Positions 15,775 to 25,154 of a DNA stretch of 64,000 nt are shown here, piece after piece. The number at the start of each line of letters is the position of its first letter. Positions within the stretch are counted from its first letter, which is position 1. This DNA is from a virus (Duplodnaviria; Caudoviricetes). The DNA lies in the IMG/VR virus record IMGVR_UViG_3300017655_000001, positions 23,439-87,438 of that record; one strand, 5' to 3'. The position numbers and the translations under genes were made by a program. The notes under the pieces were generated by a model that did no database searches, was not told where the DNA came from, and saw only the letters and a program-made list of their open reading frames with translations.

Positions 15775-17100
15775 TTACTTCTCCTCAACTTTACAAAACT
15801 TAATTGAACCGAGCTGTTTGTACCAAGCATTAATCATAAACTGCTTAACCTGATCTTTAGCCGACTTCTTGCACATCAGCCCATCGTGCCAAGGTAGTAG
15901 CACCTCGTTGATAGCCAATGTGTCACAGATTACCTTATCCATAATCTCGCTGTCAACAAATTGTAGATAAACACCACAATCAGAGAAAAACTTATCTGAA
16001 ATCAATGAGTTATGCTTTTGCACGGACTCCATAACCTGCTTGAAGTCAACCTCATATAGGCCATAATACTTAGATTTGTTTTCATCTGCCGTGTTCCACA
16101 GCGTTCTATCTTGGCCAAATTTCTGTGAGAGTGCGTTAGCAGCCTCCTTAATACTAACAGCATTCAGCCCAATCATAACAGCCATTTTGATGAGGTTGCG
16201 TGCTGGATCATATTTTTGCTTACCGTGGCGCATCTTAAACATCTCAACAGCGGATGGGTCAACATGGTATTCCCATAAGTCCACTCCATATGGATCAAAG
16301 CCTTCTGGTAGTTGTGCATTGATCTGCTCATAACAAACGTTAGCATGCATTGCAGAGAAATCAAGGGTTGCTAACTCTTCACCATCAATTTCTAAGAATG
16401 GCTGCAAGCTACTCTCCATGGTTTGGATACCGCCTACTGTATTGTACCAACGCCCACCAGTGGTCAGATTGTTAATGAACACGCGCTTATAGTTCTGGTC
16501 TGGTAGATCGATACCTTTCAGCGAAATTCGAGATTCAATCAAAGCAGTATTAAACATTTCAATTGTGTTTTTCATCTGACCAACTCCGCTTACGCCTTGG
16601 GTATTCATAAGTTTCTTAGTTCCTCGCTCTTTAATTTCTAAGTCAGCATCAACTTTAGACGACAAAACCTTATGTAAATCAATATCTTCAAACAGATGTA
16701 TTAACTTCTCTTTTACCTCTGTGATCGATGTTTCAAATTCTTCTGCTTGTCCATGTACATACTTCTTAACACCGCCTATATACAAATCAACGTAACCATC
16801 TTGTTCAAGCTTATCCAAAATTCGCATCATTCGGATATAAGAGATTTCTTGTGGGTTATGGTTATATGTGTTCTTATTCCTTGGAACCTTAATACCCTTA
16901 GCCCCGATCTTCAACATCCTAGCTGTGTTGGTGACTAAAGACCTTATTTCTTTTTCTTCCTTTTTACCATAGATTGATAGTAGATGCAATACTATTTTCT
17001 CTAAGCTTCTTGGTTTGTTGTAATAAATATTGAAATGAGTGGATGTTACCTCCTTCCACATCATCTCTTGTTCATCTACATCTTTAATGTTAATCTTCAA
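15775..17100 (-). CDS. divergent Pol A / T7-RNAP superfamily polymerase domain protein lacking exonuclease (441 aa)
   Basis: GGRWY, LDFSAMH (motif A Asp), RNLIKMAVMIGLNA (motif B R-x3-K), LQFVDS, LPWHDG (motif C HD); TTG start with GAGGA RBS. Confidence 0.7.
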   Translation of the reverse strand: MKINIKDVDEQEMMWKEVTSTHFNIYYNKPRSLEKIVLHLLSIYGKKEEKEIRSLVTNTARMLKIGAKGIKVPRNKNTYNHNPQEISYIRMMRILDKLEQDGYVDLYIGGVKKYVHGQAEEFETSITEVKEKLIHLFEDIDLHKVLSSKVDADLEIKERGTKKLMNTQGVSGVGQMKNTIEMFNTALIESRISLKGIDLPDQNYKRVFINNLTTGGRWYNTVGGIQTMESSLQPFLEIDGEELATLDFSAMHANVCYEQINAQLPEGFDPYGVDLWEYHVDPSAVEMFKMRHGKQKYDPARNLIKMAVMIGLNAVSIKEAANALSQKFGQDRTLWNTADENKSKYYGLYEVDFKQVMESVQKHNSLISDKFFSDCGVYLQFVDSEIMDKVICDTLAINEVLLPWHDGLMCKKSAKDQVKQFMINAWYKQLGSIKFCKVEEK

Positions 17101-17401
17101 TACTCTTACATCCTCTGATGATAGATAATAATAATGGTTAGTGATAGGTATGTAGTGCTATATAAGATATAATCCCGTAAAAACAGTTAAACCCTTGCAG
17201 GAGTAAGGCTGTAGCGATTCTGACCCCTGAAAAGGTTGCTTGTAAAGCAGAGATATGTCCATCTATTCTACTACAATACGCACAACAGTCTAATTCAATC
17301 TCTCTATCATTCTCACACAATTCAATAGAAACATTCTATTTGTATTCCTTGGTAAATGTGTTAAATTGGTGTCTATCGAAACAAATCAAAGGAAACACAT
17401 C

Positions 17402-17647
17402 ATGTCTGATTTACTGCGTATGGATTTTATCAACAGTCTTCCACAACCTCTGTGGGTGAGGCAATGGGGCAGAGAATCGTTTGACTGGCCTGTTTACGAC
17501 ATTTGTGTAGAAACAGGTCTTATCCGAATCGACGTATGCGGTAAACTGGGCAAGCTTCACATCTGCGATGTTGCGCAATTCAAAGACGATTACGGCACTG
17601 TTTATGATTCAGATGTGTTCTACAGCGATTACGAAGAAAATCCTTGA
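17402..17647 (+). CDS. hypothetical protein (MSDLLRMDFINSLPQP...)
   Basis: AAGGA RBS at ATG 17402; first gene of + strand block. Confidence 0.75.
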   Translation: MSDLLRMDFINSLPQPLWVRQWGRESFDWPVYDICVETGLIRIDVCGKLGKLHICDVAQFKDDYGTVYDSDVFYSDYEENP

Positions 17648-17672
17648 CAGACACAGCCGAATGGTGTTTAAT
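17644..17672 (+). promoter_or_regulatory. sigma70-like promoter
   Basis: TTGACA-17-TTTAAT. Confidence 0.6.
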
Positions 17673-17715
17673 TAACACATAGGCAGACAAACACAAGCTC
17701 TCGGAATCATCGGAG

Positions 17716-17952
17716 ATGAACATCATGGAATACACGATTTCTATTGACAACCTCATCATCACAGCAGACGTACACGCTTACGAAACATCTAGTGGTTATA
17801 AAGAGATTGAATATACAATCGAACGTGTATTGGAGCTTGACGAGGATGACATTCCTTATGCACTTGACAGCAAAGAAAGTGATGATATTCTGTGTGGGCT
17901 TGAGGATGTTGTGAAAACTAAATTGATTGAAGCTATTGAAAAGGGGGAATGA
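17716..17952 (+). CDS. highly acidic small protein (78 aa)
   Basis: about 21 D/E versus 6 K/R by hand count; GGAG RBS. Confidence 0.7.
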   Translation: MNIMEYTISIDNLIITADVHAYETSSGYKEIEYTIERVLELDEDDIPYALDSKESDDILCGLEDVVKTKLIEAIEKGE

Positions 17953-17955
17953 ATT

Positions 17956-18222
17956 GTGAAAGAGCTTTATGCAGAGATTGAGCGATTCCAAAAACTGAAA
18001 GAACGTACAGGTACAAACAAGAGCAGTAGCTATTCTGTGCTATTCCGATTTGATCCGTGGTCTGATAATGTAACAATCGAACTTGGTGGTTACGATGTGG
18101 GTAGCTGGCCACGACATGTTTATGTTGACTCGACTAAAGAGACTCTTCTCCAAGATTTGAAAGCTAAAGTAGATGAAGCTTATCTTGTTGTGGAAGAAGA
18201 TGAAAAGGAGAGTGAATTGTGA
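17956..18222 (+). CDS. hypothetical protein (88 aa)
   Basis: GTG start, GGGGG RBS. Confidence 0.7.
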   Translation: MKELYAEIERFQKLKERTGTNKSSSYSVLFRFDPWSDNVTIELGGYDVGSWPRHVYVDSTKETLLQDLKAKVDEAYLVVEEDEKESEL

Positions 18223-18446
18223 GCATGAACCTTGCACTCAAGAAAGGTAAGATTGTAGATCACGTCATCTTGTACCAAACTCCTACATGGGTCACTAATG
18301 AAGCATTAGAATCCAGTAACACGTTTGAATATTACAAGAATTGGGTTCTTGAAGGGCGTCAGGGTAGGTTTTATGACGCAACACTTGAACACTTTGCTGT
18401 TGTTCAAGAACTGCTGGACGATGGTTGGAAGTTTATAATGGTTTAA
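18219..18446 (+). CDS. hypothetical protein (75 aa)
   Basis: GTGA overlap, AAGGAG RBS. Confidence 0.65.
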   Translation: MSMNLALKKGKIVDHVILYQTPTWVTNEALESSNTFEYYKNWVLEGRQGRFYDATLEHFAVVQELLDDGWKFIMV

Positions 18447-18561
18447 AACCTCCGTTCCGCGCCCAAAAACGTACATAGAAACGTTTTCTTGAAGAATCTG
18501 TGTACGTAGTAGGGAAGAGAGGAAAACGTTTTAAATAGGCTGTTTTACTAAGGAGAATTTT

Positions 18562-18849
18562 ATGGATTTGCATGCAGAAATTATGAATATTCCGGCAAAC
18601 ATTGTACTGACTGGACCCGAAGGTGTTGGTAACGTACACTCAAACCCCTACATCGCCTATAAAGAGGGTCATAGGGATGCACGACATGATGCTGCTGAAT
18701 TGGCTTTGAAAGCACAAGCTAGGATTGAGGAGCTTGAGGACATTTTAGCAGCTTTTGTAAACTGGCAGACAGACGCAGAAGGTAAGCTGTCAATGCTAGA
18801 CGATGATGAGCTTTGGCTGAAAGCTGAAGATGTTCTGAATAAGAAATGA
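18562..18849 (+). CDS. hypothetical protein (95 aa)
   Basis: AAGGAG RBS; YKEGHRDARH motif. Confidence 0.75.
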   Translation: MDLHAEIMNIPANIVLTGPEGVGNVHSNPYIAYKEGHRDARHDAAELALKAQARIEELEDILAAFVNWQTDAEGKLSMLDDDELWLKAEDVLNKK

Positions 18850-18969
18850 TAACCGTCATCAGCTACATCGCATTGCGTTATTTCTTTGACTCTGATTGGA
18901 GTGGTATGCTATTGTTGTTGCCAATCTTCTTGGACTTGACTATTTTGAATAAATTTTGAGGGGTGTTTT

Positions 18970-19194
18970 ATGGCTAGAATTAAATTGCAGTACTTTAAGT
19001 CTTCAGGTAAGTGGGGTTACGAAGGCGAACTTGAGTGGGCAGACGATAAATCAATGTACGGTCTTATTGATCACGTTAAAGACCTAAATCGAAATCGTAA
19101 ACTGCCAGGTTTGGCTTCTGGTTCTTGGGACGGCCCTATTTACTTAAATACTGACGAACACCCTATGGGTTATCCTCTCCTGATTTTGGAGTAA
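18970..19194 (+). CDS. hypothetical protein (74 aa)
   Basis: GAGGGG RBS. Confidence 0.75.
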   Translation: MARIKLQYFKSSGKWGYEGELEWADDKSMYGLIDHVKDLNRNRKLPGLASGSWDGPIYLNTDEHPMGYPLLILE

Positions 19195-19198
19195 ATCA

Positions 19199-19465
19199 AT
19201 GACTGACAACAATTGGTTTGACATTAAAGTAAAAGCACAATACGATCATATTCAAGAGTTGGAAGCAACTGTTCGGGAATATGAAAAGTCTGAAGAATGC
19301 TGGAATGCTTTGCTTTCCTATGTCCTCGGTCAAGGGTACACTGAAGAGCCTCTTCAATTCCTGCGCTGCTGGAATGAAGGTGACTTTGATGCATTGCGTG
19401 AAGAATGGCCTGATGCACCTAAAGAGATTTATTATGCAGATCCTTTGAATGAGGAACAGAAATGA
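19199..19465 (+). CDS. hypothetical protein (88 aa)
   Basis: GGAG RBS. Confidence 0.75.
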   Translation: MTDNNWFDIKVKAQYDHIQELEATVREYEKSEECWNALLSYVLGQGYTEEPLQFLRCWNEGDFDALREEWPDAPKEIYYADPLNEEQK

Positions 19466-19792
19466 ACCAAACAGAACACAAAAGCATTACAGCTTTGATG
19501 AAAGCTATTAAGAAAGATATGGAAAGCGGAATTACACAAATTGCTGTGATTGTTGAAGAAGGCGAAGATAAAGTAGAGAAGAAGTATATTTATAGTCGTC
19601 CGTTTGTTAATGAAATTAAGGGAGAAGAGTGATGGCTCATATTTATGAGATTTATTATGAGAATAAACAAGGTGATATTGTACACTGTCAAGATGTATAT
19701 GATGAGCAAGAAGCCCTTCATGAAATTACATCTCTTACAAACGAGTTCCCAGAGAATGAGTACTGGTATGAGACTATTTTTGAGGATGAGCA

Positions 19793-20041
19793 GTGACGTT
19801 TACAATTAACATAGAAAATGGAACAAGCCTATATACAGCAGAAGACCTTATTCGCTATAATGATGCAGGCTTGCTTTATTGTGGGGATGTTTGTCTAAGT
19901 AGTGTGATTGATAAGATTGTTGAGTATTATGAAGAGAAGCTTTCTGAGATGAAAGAGAGTGAGGGTGAGACTTATTCGGATTATCAAGAAGGCTATCAAG
20001 CGGCTGTAAGTGAAATTCGTGGATTTGTTGATAATATGTGA
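19793..20041 (+). CDS. hypothetical protein (82 aa)
   Basis: GAGGA RBS, GTG start. Confidence 0.65.
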   Translation: MTFTINIENGTSLYTAEDLIRYNDAGLLYCGDVCLSSVIDKIVEYYEEKLSEMKESEGETYSDYQEGYQAAVSEIRGFVDNM

Positions 20042-21780
20042 GGGGAGAAGTGTTGAGTAAGGATTATGTAATTGGAAAGAATCCTTGCCCTCGCTGTCGG
20101 CGCAGGGGGCAAGACAGGGCAGGCAATAACTTCCACTTCTATGGAGAAGGTCTTGGGGGTTATTGCCATGCTTGTGAATACACTGTTCCTAGCGATGATT
20201 GGCTAGCAGAACATGGTGAAATTAAAGAAGATGAAGAGGAGTTTGAAGTAGTGGGTAGTTATTTTGATAAAGAAGTGAATGAAAAGATTAAGAAGCAAAC
20301 CGGGGTGGACAGTAAAAATTATCGCGGAATTCGTACTGAAATTTCACGACCATTCGGGGTTCGTTATGCCTATTCTGAAGAAGACGGCAGTGTAGTTTCT
20401 ACTTATTATCCAACCACGCATGAATATGAGATTTCAGGGTATAAAGTTCGTCACCATCCTAAGCGGTTTGAAGGGATTGGGGAGACTGGTAAGGATTGTG
20501 AACTATTCGGGCAATTTCGTTTTAAAACGAATTCGGGAACTGTATTGATTTGTGGTGGAGAGCATGATACCCTGGCTGCTTTTCAGATGCTTTCTGATGC
20601 ACAAAAGAATAAACAGTATGATCCTGTAGCTGTTGTTAGTCCTACTATTGGTGAATCTGGAGCTTATAAACAAATTCAGAAACAATACAACTTCTTCCAG
20701 CAAGCTAAGAAGATTGTTGTAGCAATGGATTCCGATAAGGCTGGCGAAGAAGCAGCAGAAAAGATTGTTAAGGTTCTTCCTCGGGGCAAAGTTTTCATTA
20801 TGAAGATGCGCCTAAAAGATCCTAATCAATATGTAGTGGAAGGCCGGGAACAAGATTTTATTAATGATTTCTGGCAAGCAAAGCCATATAGCCCAGCAGG
20901 TGTTCACGCATCAAGTGGACTTCTGGCAGCAGCTATGGAATACGCGAACTTAAATCAGCTTACGCTTCCCCCTTTCATGGCAAAAGCACAAGCAATGTTT
21001 GGTGGCGGTTTGGTTAAAAACGAGCTAACTTGCTGTTTTGCAAAGACCTCTGTAGGTAAAAGCTTGTTTGTAGACTCTATGGTGGTTCATTGGGTTTTGA
21101 ATGAACCAACTGAAGTCGTAGGTGTCTTATCTCTTGAAGCTACCAAGGATAAATGGGCAACAAATATCCTTTCAAACTACCTTGGCGTGCGACTGATTAA
21201 CTTGAAGGGCGAAGAACGGAAGGAGTATCTGTCTCGTGAGGATGTGAAAGCCAAAGCTGAACCGTTCTTAATGAAAGAGGATGGTACTCCACGTTTTTGG
21301 GTTTGCGATGAACGTGGCGCGTCTGTTGATGTAGTCAAGGAAAAAATCCTTGAAATGATTATTCAACTGGGCGTGACTATCCTTGTTGCAGACGTATATT
21401 CAGACTTAATGGCAGGCCTCAGTCTGGAGGCGCAAGAGGAGTTGGTAGCTTGGTTTAAAAAACTTATCAAAGAATACCCACAAGTAAGTGTAATTCTTGT
21501 TTGTCACACTCGGAAAACTGACAACAACTCCCAGTTGACTGAAACTGATATTATTGGCACAAGTACAATCATGAAGTCTGCTGCACAAACATTCAGTCTT
21601 GAGCGAGACAAGCTTGCAGAAGATGAGATGACACGTAATTGTACCCGTGTTACAATTCACAAGAATCGTCACTTTTCAGATACTGGACCTGCTGGGGTGG
21701 TTTATTTTGATAAGGACACCAGTCGGCTGTATGATCTTGATGAATATATGCAACAACATCCAGAAATTTCGGAGTTTTAA
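20038..21780 (+). CDS. T7 gp4-like DNA primase-helicase (about 580 aa)
   Basis: Zn-binding CPRC...CHAC; TOPRIM (CGGEHD, MDSDKAG, KDPN); DnaB-type Walker A KTSVGKS; true start may be TTG at 20053. Confidence 0.92.
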   Translation: MRGEVLSKDYVIGKNPCPRCRRRGQDRAGNNFHFYGEGLGGYCHACEYTVPSDDWLAEHGEIKEDEEEFEVVGSYFDKEVNEKIKKQTGVDSKNYRGIRTEISRPFGVRYAYSEEDGSVVSTYYPTTHEYEISGYKVRHHPKRFEGIGETGKDCELFGQFRFKTNSGTVLICGGEHDTLAAFQMLSDAQKNKQYDPVAVVSPTIGESGAYKQIQKQYNFFQQAKKIVVAMDSDKAGEEAAEKIVKVLPRGKVFIMKMRLKDPNQYVVEGREQDFINDFWQAKPYSPAGVHASSGLLAAAMEYANLNQLTLPPFMAKAQAMFGGGLVKNELTCCFAKTSVGKSLFVDSMVVHWVLNEPTEVVGVLSLEATKDKWATNILSNYLGVRLINLKGEERKEYLSREDVKAKAEPFLMKEDGTPRFWVCDERGASVDVVKEKILEMIIQLGVTILVADVYSDLMAGLSLEAQEELVAWFKKLIKEYPQVSVILVCHTRKTDNNSQLTETDIIGTSTIMKSAAQTFSLERDKLAEDEMTRNCTRVTIHKNRHFSDTGPAGVVYFDKDTSRLYDLDEYMQQHPEISEF

Positions 21781-22326
21781 ATGGTCGATTGGCGTGAAAG
21801 AGTCGAGTATTCAGAGGATAGTCCTTCTGGATTAATTTGGAAAACGAGTGGCCGTAATAGCAAAGTAGGAACTTCCGTAGGATACATCAGGACATCGAAA
21901 AGGGGAGTCCAAAGATGGCAAACCATGATCGGCAGCAAATCATACTTGTGCCATAGACTTGTATGGGAACTTTTCCATGGCCCTATTGAAGATGGTCTTA
22001 CGATTGATCATTTTGATAGAAATCCTTTAAATAATAGGATTGAGAATCTAAGATGCGTTCCAAATGAAATCAATGTAAGGAATAAAGGGGCCTATAGAAA
22101 TTCAAAATCTGGAATAACAGGCATATGCTTTTGGACGAGCAGGAATGGGGATGAATACGTTACTGCTCAGTGGCAGGATTTAGAAGGGAATAGAAAAGGT
22201 AAAAGGTTTCAAATAAAGAAACATGGAAAAGAAGAGGCAATCCGATTAGCTATTGAATATCGGAATGAGCAAATTAGGTTGCTGAATTTAGAGGGTGCCG
22301 GATATACTGAAGCCCACGGAACATAA
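21781..22326 (+). CDS. HNH homing endonuclease with AP2-like C-terminal domain (181 aa)
   Basis: CHRLVWEL...IDHFDRNPLNNRIENLR; SGITGI...AIRLAIEYR. Confidence 0.85.
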   Translation: MVDWRERVEYSEDSPSGLIWKTSGRNSKVGTSVGYIRTSKRGVQRWQTMIGSKSYLCHRLVWELFHGPIEDGLTIDHFDRNPLNNRIENLRCVPNEINVRNKGAYRNSKSGITGICFWTSRNGDEYVTAQWQDLEGNRKGKRFQIKKHGKEEAIRLAIEYRNEQIRLLNLEGAGYTEAHGT

Positions 22327-22340
22327 TTTAGGAGTAGGAA

Positions 22341-24449
22341 ATGCTAGGTGAAAATGAGATTACGCTAGACATCGAGGCTGATGGCTTTATTTTCGAATCG
22401 ACAAAAGTTTGGACTGTCTGTGCAACTAATCAGCAGACTGGAGAAAAGATTAAAGTCAATCCTTTTAAAGATCCATCCGCCAAAGCAAAGCTAATCTCAT
22501 TTCTTTTTAAGAAAGAAAATCCCACGATTAGCTTTCACTTCGGTCTAGGCTATGATATGTTTGTATTGCAAAACCTTCTGGACATAAAGTTTACAGTTGG
22601 CAGAGACACAATTGAAGGAAAGCCAGTCCAGTTCATTGATACTCTTTATTTGTCAATGTTCCTTAATCCAGACCGTCAGGGACACAGCATCGAAGCTTTT
22701 GGTGAAATGCTTGGACTTCCAAAGATTGATTGGCGTGAAAAGGCTATCGAACTAGGACTGATCGAGAAGAATGCACCCGATGGTGCCGAGTTCATGCAGT
22801 GGCATCCAGAGATGGATGTTTATTGCGAGCGAGATGTTGATGTAAACGTTCTGGTATATGAGTACCTTAAAAAAGAATGGCGGGAAGTATATGGCAAGGA
22901 TTTTACAATTACTGATGCCTTTAAGTGTGGGCAAAAGTCTTTCTATCTTATGTCCTGTCAAGAATTGTCAGGCTTCAAATTTGATATTCAAGGCGGTAAA
23001 AAGCTGGCTGAACGTATTGAACAAATGATGGAAGAAATTCGTGCTGAGGTTGAACCACAACTTCCACCACGGCCTTTGAAGAAGTCAGAAGAAAAGTATT
23101 ATGCAATGCCAGCTAAGCCATTCAAGAAGAATGGAGACTACTCAAGTTCTTGGACTAATTTTGTAGAAAAACATCAAGGAAAAGAGGTAGACGGTGGTTG
23201 GGAATTCTACGGTAAAGTTTATACTGTAGAAGCTGGAAAAATGCTTGATGTAAAAATGCCCATGGAGATGGCAAACCAAGACCAGATGAAGGATTGGTTC
23301 TTGGAAAATGGATGGGAACCCACGCTTTGGAACTACAAACGCGGTCCTGATAACAAGCCATTGCGTGACCCACAAACACGGCAATTGATTCCAACCAGCC
23401 CAAAGATTCAGGAACAAGGTAAAATCTGTAAAAACCTTGAAAAGATGGAAGGTGAAATTGTAAAGAAAGTGGTTAAGTGGCTTAGTCTCCGTAACCGACA
23501 ATCTGTTCTTAATGGCTGGCTAGAGAACCCACGCCTTCAGATGGATGGCCGTATTGGTGCTGGACGTACAGGCATTGCAGCGACACACCGACAAAAGCAT
23601 AAAACCGTAGTTAACGTGCCTAAAGCATCAGAAAAGGTTCTATTAGGTAAAGAGTTTCGTTCACTTTGGATTTCTGAAGACGGCTTCCTTATTGCAGCAG
23701 GGGACGCAGCAGCACTAGAGGGTCGAGTACAAGGGCACTATTGCTACAAATACGATAACGGAGCTACAGCAGAAGAACTTCTAAAGGGCGATGTACACTC
23801 TAAGAATGCTCGGTTTGCTTTCTATGACCATGTACCTGAAGTCCGTAAATTTGACATTGCAGCACCTGAATTTAGTAAAGATGACCCTGTGTTCAAACCT
23901 TATCGGGATTGGAGTAAGAACGGATATTATGCCTGTATGTATGGTTGTGCGGGGCCTAAGCTTGCTGCTACATTGGGTATTCCAGTAAAATTAGGCACCC
24001 AGAAGCTTGAAGCATTTTGGGATGCAAACCCAGCCACAAAAGCTTTAAAAGAAAATCTTGAAAAATACTGGGCAACCGTTGGCCGTGAGAAGTATCTTCC
24101 TGCTATTGATGGGCGTATGCTTTGCACTCGAAAGAAATCAGCTTTGCTGAACACCATCTTCCAAAGCTGTGGCGGGATTACTATGGATTATGCTGGGTGC
24201 TTTATGGATTCTTGGCTCGGGGGGTTGAAGTGGAAAGACCGTAAACCATACTATCTATACAAAGGATACGTTGTTCGGCGGATCGCCTATCAACATGACG
24301 AATACGAATTTGAAGCTGAGGAACCTATTGCAGAAGAAATTGCACGAATGATTGAAAAGGCTATTGAAAAAGCAGGTGAATACCTTAAACTGAAGGTTCC
24401 CCTAGCCGGTGAGGGCAAGGTTGGCAAGTCTTGGAAAGAAGTTCACTAA
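22341..24449 (+). CDS. family A DNA polymerase with 3'-5' exonuclease (702 aa)
   Basis: ExoI DIEAD; motif A GDAAALE; motif B R..SKNGYYACMYG (Tyr at the E. coli 762-equivalent site, as in T7); motif C QHDE. Confidence 0.95.
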   Translation: MLGENEITLDIEADGFIFESTKVWTVCATNQQTGEKIKVNPFKDPSAKAKLISFLFKKENPTISFHFGLGYDMFVLQNLLDIKFTVGRDTIEGKPVQFIDTLYLSMFLNPDRQGHSIEAFGEMLGLPKIDWREKAIELGLIEKNAPDGAEFMQWHPEMDVYCERDVDVNVLVYEYLKKEWREVYGKDFTITDAFKCGQKSFYLMSCQELSGFKFDIQGGKKLAERIEQMMEEIRAEVEPQLPPRPLKKSEEKYYAMPAKPFKKNGDYSSSWTNFVEKHQGKEVDGGWEFYGKVYTVEAGKMLDVKMPMEMANQDQMKDWFLENGWEPTLWNYKRGPDNKPLRDPQTRQLIPTSPKIQEQGKICKNLEKMEGEIVKKVVKWLSLRNRQSVLNGWLENPRLQMDGRIGAGRTGIAATHRQKHKTVVNVPKASEKVLLGKEFRSLWISEDGFLIAAGDAAALEGRVQGHYCYKYDNGATAEELLKGDVHSKNARFAFYDHVPEVRKFDIAAPEFSKDDPVFKPYRDWSKNGYYACMYGCAGPKLAATLGIPVKLGTQKLEAFWDANPATKALKENLEKYWATVGREKYLPAIDGRMLCTRKKSALLNTIFQSCGGITMDYAGCFMDSWLGGLKWKDRKPYYLYKGYVVRRIAYQHDEYEFEAEEPIAEEIARMIEKAIEKAGEYLKLKVPLAGEGKVGKSWKEVH

Positions 24450-24465
24450 TTTCTGAAAATAAAGC

Positions 24466-24493
24466 TTTACATCCTCACAGATTCGTGTAAAAT
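24466..24493 (+). promoter_or_regulatory. sigma70-like promoter
   Basis: TTTACA-16-TAAAAT. Confidence 0.55.
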
Positions 24494-24694
24494 AGATGGG
24501 GTAGGGTTTTAAAGATAAGGAGAAAAGATGGAAAAAGTAAAAACACTAGACACAGATTTTGTAATCAACCTACAAAAAGAAACTCTAGTATTTACACAAG
24601 ACGACGATCAGTGTAATCTCTCACTGGATTGTCTTTCAGAACTAATTGACACATTGATTGATATTGAAGTTAAAATGAAGAAGGAGAAACAACA

Positions 24695-24880
24695 ATGAAA
24701 TATGCAATGATTGGTTTGATGTTAGCCGCTCTTTCAGGCTGTGGTGCTGTAGACCGGACAGTGTCTAAATTTACGGGTAAAGGTTCTGAGGTATGCCAAG
24801 ACGGCGTCGTATATCTCCAGTTCACATCGGGTACTAGCGTTAAATATGATAAGTTTGGTAAGATTGTAACTTGCAATTAA
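24695..24880 (+). CDS. small lipoprotein (61 aa)
   Basis: signal peptide, lipobox LSG-C. Confidence 0.75.
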   Translation: MKYAMIGLMLAALSGCGAVDRTVSKFTGKGSEVCQDGVVYLQFTSGTSVKYDKFGKIVTCN

Positions 24881-24894
24881 TAGGAGAAACAACA

Positions 24895-25074
24895 ATGAGC
24901 AAAACCATCTACACTTATGAAATCACTGATCCACAAGTAGGGGCAATTGTTACTGACTTGGAATCAAGGTCAATTGCTCGTGAAGAGCTACAGCTTGTAA
25001 AGAAACAAGGATTCCCTAAAGCAACCATCCAGCAAAAGAAATATGTACTTGAGACTGTCCGTCAAGTACGCTAA
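24895..25074 (+). CDS. hypothetical protein (MSKTIYTY...)
   Basis: AGGAG RBS at ATG 24895. Confidence 0.7.
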   Translation: MSKTIYTYEITDPQVGAIVTDLESRSIAREELQLVKKQGFPKATIQQKKYVLETVRQVR

Positions 25075-25154
25075 AGAATTCTAGCGAAAGCTTGAATAAT
25101 AGCCTCAAAAGTAACGCGATAAAATTAGACGCAATTAAATAGAGAGAAATAAAT

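Noticed and set aside
25092-25125. TTGAAT...TAAAAT promoter upstream of SSB
   Set aside because: The spacer is 22 nt, too long for sigma70.
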